IMG/VR virus record: IMGVR_UViG_3300034095_000254
DNA from: a virus
Length of the DNA stretch: 64,000 nucleotides
Reading direction: 5' to 3' (one strand)
Below the pieces are notes generated by a model. That model was not told the DNA's origin. It saw nothing but the letters and a program-made list of their open reading frames with translations, and searched no databases. This document shows, one piece after another, positions 59,337 through 64,000 of this stretch. Each line of letters begins with the position of its first letter. Within the stretch, counting starts at the first letter, position 1. The translations under genes and the position numbers were made by a program.

Positions 59337-59349
59337 TTGTAAAAGAACA
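59337..59349 (-). promoter_or_regulatory. boxA-like antitermination element
   Basis: TGTTCTTTTACAA compared with rrn boxA TGCTCTTTAACAA; 13 nt before the first tRNA. Confidence 0.6.
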
Positions 59350-59371
59350 ATATTACTAGCACGATGGCTAT

Positions 59372-59410
59372 AAAACAAAAAACCCTCTGGACTTTCATCT
59401 CAGAGGGTTT
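59372..59410 (-). terminator. Intrinsic terminator (attenuator) in the tRNA operon leader
   Basis: AAACCCTCTG-11 nt-CAGAGGGTTTTTTGTTTT. Confidence 0.85.
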
Positions 59411-59431
59411 GGGTAAGTAGACTGGTGTCAG

Positions 59432-59557
59432 TTACTTCTTATCCAAACCCTCGGCATCCTCAATCGCATTATATCCAAATGATGTGCGTGAGCATGTCCA
59501 GCCACTTAATAGCGGGAGATGTCTTTGCATTTGTTTGGATATCATTTTCGATTTCAT
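59432..59557 (-). CDS. Putative attenuator leader peptide (41 aa)
   Basis: MKSKMISKQMQRHLPLLSGWTCSRTSFGYNAIEDAEGLDKK*; ATG at predicted +1; last codons overlap the antiterminator strand. Confidence 0.72.
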   Translation of the reverse strand: MKSKMISKQMQRHLPLLSGWTCSRTSFGYNAIEDAEGLDKK

Positions 59558-59563
59558 GATTGA

Positions 59564-59592
59564 ATTATACTACACCTTTGATTATTTGTCAA
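59564..59592 (-). promoter_or_regulatory. Consensus sigma70 promoter for the leader and tRNA operon
   Basis: TTGACA-17-TATAAT. Confidence 0.88.
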
Positions 59593-59660
59593 GCACTATC
59601 TGAAATAACCTTACATCTTGTAGGGTTTTCTTTCAGACAGTAATCTATTTAGTCACTATT

Positions 59661-60110
59661 TTAGTTCACTATTGAATTAAAGTCAACTTTTTCAACATTT
59701 ATTTTACATTTTTGCAAGAAAGATACACCATCCTCGTCTCTGTAAGAGTGACGATAGTAAACTTTATCTATACCTGCACCATGAATTAACTTAGCACAAT
59801 GAATGCAAGGAGCATGAGTGCAGAATAAACTGGAGCCATTGCCTGATTCACCATCACGAGCCAATTTGATAATTGCGTTTGCCTCTGCATGTATAACCTC
59901 ATCTTTTGTTACTGTTGTAATTGTGTCATCTGAATGTTGCACGATGTTCTCACATTCGTTTGTCCATCCAGCTGGCATACCATTGTATCCGATTGAAATG
60001 ATACGATTGTCTTTTACGACAACCGCACCAACCTGCAATCGCTTTGCACTGGACAACTGGGCGAATCTCTCCGCAGTGTCCATGAATGCATCAATCCATT
60101 TTTGTTTCAT
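59661..60110 (-). CDS. dCMP deaminase
   Basis: VGAVVV, GYNG, HAEANA, PCIHC. Confidence 0.95.
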   Translation of the reverse strand: MKQKWIDAFMDTAERFAQLSSAKRLQVGAVVVKDNRIISIGYNGMPAGWTNECENIVQHSDDTITTVTKDEVIHAEANAIIKLARDGESGNGSSLFCTHAPCIHCAKLIHGAGIDKVYYRHSYRDEDGVSFLQKCKINVEKVDFNSIVN

Positions 60111-60760
60111 CGTACTACTGCTTGTCCTACGACTGCTCCAGGTTTCTGTAATGCTTCATCACGCTTGCGTTTATATTCTTCATTGTCCACTTGCATCAAC
60201 TGCATTGTATTTGGCGCAACTGCAGATACCTTTGGTTCATCTTCCAACTCTTTGAACTTGTCTTCACGATTCTTGTTAGCGTTAGCTGGTTGTGTCAATC
60301 GTTTAGCATCTTCTGTTGCAATCTTAAACTGCACATATGCACGATACACATCACCCTCTTTGAACACAGCGATGTTCTCTCGTTTGAACATGCCAAGTGC
60401 TTGCTTCACACGAACCTTTGATACACGATCGATCTCTCGTTCAACAGCAGAACCAGATCCAGCAGTTTCAATTGTGGACTCACGAGTAACAGAATCAACA
60501 TCGGTCTTTAGTCGTGCTGCAAGTTGAATCTTGGCATTGAGTGTTGCCTTGTCAATTGCAAACTGCATATCTTTCGATACATCAGTCGCAGTGACCACGA
60601 TAAACTTCGTGTCATCTGGATCTTTTGCAAGATACCATTGAGGAATGTTATCGAGTTTGTTGGCTGGAATCTCAACTGTTTTGTTGGGGTCTGCCTTAAA
60701 GGTTGAACATCCTGATAAGGCTATCACAGATGCCATTGTACAAATCATAATATATTTCAT
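60107..60760 (-). CDS. Lipoprotein (LPP20-like)
   Basis: Lipobox LSGC; IPQWYL; AIDKATLNAKIQLA. Confidence 0.75.
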   Translation of the reverse strand: MKYIMICTMASVIALSGCSTFKADPNKTVEIPANKLDNIPQWYLAKDPDDTKFIVVTATDVSKDMQFAIDKATLNAKIQLAARLKTDVDSVTRESTIETAGSGSAVEREIDRVSKVRVKQALGMFKRENIAVFKEGDVYRAYVQFKIATEDAKRLTQPANANKNREDKFKELEDEPKVSAVAPNTMQLMQVDNEEYKRKRDEALQKPGAVVGQAVVR

Positions 60761-60761
60761 T

Positions 60762-61481
60762 TCAAATTCTCCGTTTAATCACAAAATTGTGGTACACTAC
60801 TCGCCTAGCATTGATAGGCAATGACGAAATCTGTCGATAAATCTCATCTCTCGTCATACTGCTTCTAAAAGTAATCTTAACTTTGGAAAATATTGCCATC
60901 AGTGTATCTTTGCTTTGTGGATCATTAGACATAATGTCTGCGTTCCACCAGATACCATTTGGTAATACTAACTTCCCATCAATAAGATTGCTCTTAATTC
61001 CATCATAAGGATACATTTGATGCATCTTGTCTCCGTAAACACTGAACAAGTATACATACAATGGCTCTTTAGTAATAACATCAAACTTGTATCGTTCTCC
61101 ATTGACTGCAATGTTACTGGCATTCTCAATGTCTCCTGCCAGTTGTCTGCTTGGTTCAATCTCAACCTTAACTTCAACAACACATGTATCTACAAATTTA
61201 CTTTTCTTCGGTTTAATCTTTTCTGTTATAACTCTCTTCAGAGTACCAGCAGATTCAACCTCAGTCTTCTTAATATATTCGCAGTCAACACCTTCTGCAT
61301 TTCTTTCTCTGCAAATCTGTTGCTTCTTTACTTCAAACTCTTTCTCAGCGTATCGTTCGATCGCATCACTGACTGCAAATGCTTTTGCTAACTCACAGTC
61401 AGGTGCTTCACCAGTTCCAAACGAAACATCTGCGTAGGCATTGGCACAAAGCACCAACCATAATATAGCAAACTTCTTCAC
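60762..61481 (-). CDS. Secreted/periplasmic protein
   Basis: Signal peptide ending AYA; four Cys in the mature N-terminal domain. Confidence 0.7.
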   Translation of the reverse strand: MKKFAILWLVLCANAYADVSFGTGEAPDCELAKAFAVSDAIERYAEKEFEVKKQQICRERNAEGVDCEYIKKTEVESAGTLKRVITEKIKPKKSKFVDTCVVEVKVEIEPSRQLAGDIENASNIAVNGERYKFDVITKEPLYVYLFSVYGDKMHQMYPYDGIKSNLIDGKLVLPNGIWWNADIMSNDPQSKDTLMAIFSKVKITFRSSMTRDEIYRQISSLPINARRVVYHNFVIKRRI

Positions 61482-61482
61482 A

Positions 61483-62196
61483 TTATGCCTTTGAATCCTC
61501 GATGATTTTATCTAATGCTGCAGCTGCATCCCAGTGCTCTTCAATGAGACCTCGCCACTTAACCACTTCAACTTCGTCACCATCCCAACGACTCCAAGTC
61601 GTACCATCCCAATTACAATACTGTGGATGTTCGTACTGCGTAGTTGTTACTTCATAGCGACCAACTTTGTCTGGATTAGTTGCAACACCATACCAGTCTG
61701 TTCGTTCCAAGGCATTGAGTTCTTGTTCGAACTCTTCCTCTTCGTATCGTTCTAACTCTTCAATAGCATTGGTAAAGTCAAGAATGTCCTCAGGTAATTC
61801 TTCAATCGAAGCACGATCTGTCCAATCCATTTCAAAGTCTTCGTTAAAGCCATCTTCGAAACGACCTGCAAATCCCATTCCAGGTTCATGATACAATGCA
61901 CGAACAGACCAACCTTCTGTCTCTAAGTGTTCATACAAAGCAATTGGAGGAGACCAAGCAGAATCAAAGTGCATGAGGATGGTGTTATCACCATCTCGTT
62001 CCCAATCCATCATGGAAACATCCCACTTACAACCCCAATTCTCACAAGACCAACCATAGTCCCACTCACCAGTAGGACTTGGTCGCAAATAGTTAAATGG
62101 TTGAGCATCTTCCTTTAAAAGTTCTTGCTCAAGACCATCAATCACTTCTTTACTATCGTGGTGCAATGTTGCACTGTTATAACACCAATTCGGCAT
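61483..62196 (-). CDS. DUF1281/YubB ferredoxin-like family protein
   Basis: MPNWCYN, WSCENWGCKWD, FDSAWSPP, YHEPGMGFAG. Confidence 0.75.
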   Translation of the reverse strand: MPNWCYNSATLHHDSKEVIDGLEQELLKEDAQPFNYLRPSPTGEWDYGWSCENWGCKWDVSMMDWERDGDNTILMHFDSAWSPPIALYEHLETEGWSVRALYHEPGMGFAGRFEDGFNEDFEMDWTDRASIEELPEDILDFTNAIEELERYEEEEFEQELNALERTDWYGVATNPDKVGRYEVTTTQYEHPQYCNWDGTTWSRWDGDEVEVVKWRGLIEEHWDAAAALDKIIEDSKA

Positions 62197-62263
62197 AATT
62201 CACTCCATTCATAATGTGTTCAGTTAATATAATTATACTACAAACAGTCTTGCATGTCAAGCG

Positions 62264-62695
62264 TTATTTTGTTGCAGTCTTTTCTTTCCATTGAGCAATT
62301 GCAGGAATGATACCTGCATCTGATACAAGTTTCCATGTAATCTTTGGATACAGTTTCTGCAACTTCTGATCTTTAACTGCAATAAGAATTGCAGCTTCAG
62401 TAGGATGGATACCTTCCAACAGACCAATAAACAATCCTTCTCGTTTAACTGGCTTCAAATCCTGACGGATAAACACATACATTTTCTTTGCTTCAAGAAA
62501 TAAGTTTGTGTCGCACATTCCAACTGGTTGATCAGCAGGTTTAAATGGTGGCTCACCTTCAGGTAATAGCATCTTGTGCGATGGCAAGAAGTTGTGAGCA
62601 AACAATACCTTTAGCAGAAATTCATTCTTGTGCTTCTCAAGTGTCTTTGGATCGTCATTGATCTCTTTAAGCATTTCGGTCACATATTGTTTCAT
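62264..62695 (-). CDS. Conserved T4-like hypothetical protein
   Basis: LPEGEPPFKP, KREGLFIGLLEGIHPTEA; adjacent to rnh. Confidence 0.7.
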   Translation of the reverse strand: MKQYVTEMLKEINDDPKTLEKHKNEFLLKVLFAHNFLPSHKMLLPEGEPPFKPADQPVGMCDTNLFLEAKKMYVFIRQDLKPVKREGLFIGLLEGIHPTEAAILIAVKDQKLQKLYPKITWKLVSDAGIIPAIAQWKEKTATK

Positions 62696-63588
62696 TAAAA
62701 ATCCTCTAGTTCGTCTAATAGTAAACGGCAACGATGCTCAATCAAATAATTCATGATAGTCATCTTATCACCACTCGGTTGTGTATTTATGTATGCTTTA
62801 ATAATGTCTTCAGAAACATCAGGCGGAATGTGATCAAAGTCAACCAGTACACTATTGCGTTGCCAATTGCGTCGTTCTTCATCAGTTTTACACGCAATGA
62901 ATCCATTGTCAAAGAACTCTTGCAGTCGTTTGGCACTCATTGGCTTTTGTCGTTCACCCTTCATGAATACATCGTCTTTACTCAGGATGTTTGGAACTCC
63001 GTCACCTGTATCACCCTTAACGATATGCTCAATCTTATGCTCAATGATTTCTTTCTGAGTTGCAGTAATGTATTTCTTCTGCATCGGAGACCACTGCTTC
63101 ACATTGTTGAACAACTGCAACTGCTTGAAGTCTTTATCAGAGGACAGAATCAATACCTTCTGTGGCTCTTCAACCAATCCTTGTACTACTAGGAGATTCT
63201 CTTGCATATACTTTACCAGTACTGCAATGATGTCGTCTGCTTCTGCACGATCCACATGCAATACACGATAAGGAAAGTGTGTTGCAAGGTCAGTACGCAT
63301 CTCTGATAGTGTATCAAAGATCAACTTCCAATCCAGATCTGATTTATCTCGATTGCTCTTACGCATACCTTTATAGAACTCAAAGTATTCCTTGCGCCAG
63401 TACTTACGACCATCGCAACAGATGACTAACTCTCCGTAATCTTTACCATACTTCTTCTTGTATGACTTGAGAGTGGACAGAGTCACATGACGAATAAGAT
63501 TCTTCACCTCTGCTTCACTACCCTTCAACTCACGCTGGAAGGTTAGGATGGCTGCAAGTGCCACCTGACTATAATCAACTAATATCAT
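62695..63588 (-). CDS. rnh: T4-type RNase H (5'-3' exonuclease)
   Basis: MILVDYSQ, YWRK...YK..R, EADDIIA, SSDKDFKQL, KGDTGDGVPN. Confidence 0.94.
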   Translation of the reverse strand: MILVDYSQVALAAILTFQRELKGSEAEVKNLIRHVTLSTLKSYKKKYGKDYGELVICCDGRKYWRKEYFEFYKGMRKSNRDKSDLDWKLIFDTLSEMRTDLATHFPYRVLHVDRAEADDIIAVLVKYMQENLLVVQGLVEEPQKVLILSSDKDFKQLQLFNNVKQWSPMQKKYITATQKEIIEHKIEHIVKGDTGDGVPNILSKDDVFMKGERQKPMSAKRLQEFFDNGFIACKTDEERRNWQRNSVLVDFDHIPPDVSEDIIKAYINTQPSGDKMTIMNYLIEHRCRLLLDELEDF

Positions 63589-63589
63589 A

Positions 63590-64000
63590 TTAAAATGCTC
63601 CCAGCAAAATACATTCTTCATTGACACGACCATTCGGTACAGTTACCGTAGTGGTTAATGGTTTCATTGCACCATTCAATGGTCGCTTACCCAGTACTAA
63701 TCCCTTAAAGAATACATCTGGCTTGCGTAACATCTGTGTTTTGGATTCTTTAACATCGAATCCGATAATTGTAGTACCCTTAACTGTGAGCACATCATTG
63801 ATTGCTTTGTAAACAGTTACCTTACGATATTTCGTGTTGTATACCCATACTTCAGACGATCCAACAATCGTCTCTGGTTTGATTGACTTAAGATTCAAGT
63901 CAGTAAATTCTTTCATGTACTTCATCTTGGCAACCACTTTACTTGGTGGTTGTGCTTTACGCTTTCGTGGGGCACGATTCGCTTTGGCAGTCTGTACTTG
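63590..64000 (-). CDS. Hypothetical protein, 5' part outside the window
   Basis: Open frame to the window edge; VWVYNTKYRK, LRKP, NGRVNE. Confidence 0.7.
   Translation of the reverse strand, partial: QVQTAKANRAPRKRKAQPPSKVVAKMKYMKEFTDLNLKSIKPETIVGSSEVWVYNTKYRKVTVYKAINDVLTVKGTTIIGFDVKESKTQMLRKPDVFFKGLVLGKRPLNGAMKPLTTTVTVPNGRVNEECILLGAF

Overview
A 64-kb segment of a large, AT-rich T4-like myovirus. The host is probably a (beta)proteobacterium, inferred from the tmRNA tag and IscU/IscA style. In order: (1) a radical-SAM cluster (two rSAM enzymes, a 171-aa protein ending CHSNCHGSCHGS, three unknown proteins) attached to the end of the tail operon; (2) baseplate, tail and packaging genes (DUF4815/VrlC-like, gp8, gp7, gp6, gp25, PAAR, gp5, gp53, gp48, gp4, gp2, gp54, gp16, gp26/gp51, tape-measure-like); (3) gp32, gp59, gp33; (4) an accessory region (ClpP, SleB, GroES, a circularly permuted two-piece tmRNA, exonuclease, IscA/IscU, GH19 lysin, PhoH, four 2OG-Fe(II) oxygenases); (5) 27 tRNAs covering all 20 amino acids, interspersed with bS21 and stem-closed non-coding elements; (6) dCMP deaminase, a lipoprotein pair and RNase H. 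The top finding is upstream of the tRNA array. A consensus sigma70 promoter starts at the AUG of an unannotated 41-codon leader ORF that uses 19 of 20 amino acids and 31 different codons. Its 3' end overlaps an antiterminator that competes with an intrinsic terminator. This is the layout of a ribosome-coupled attenuator that could switch on phage tRNAs when almost any host tRNA is depleted. All calls come from reading the sequence; no searches were run.
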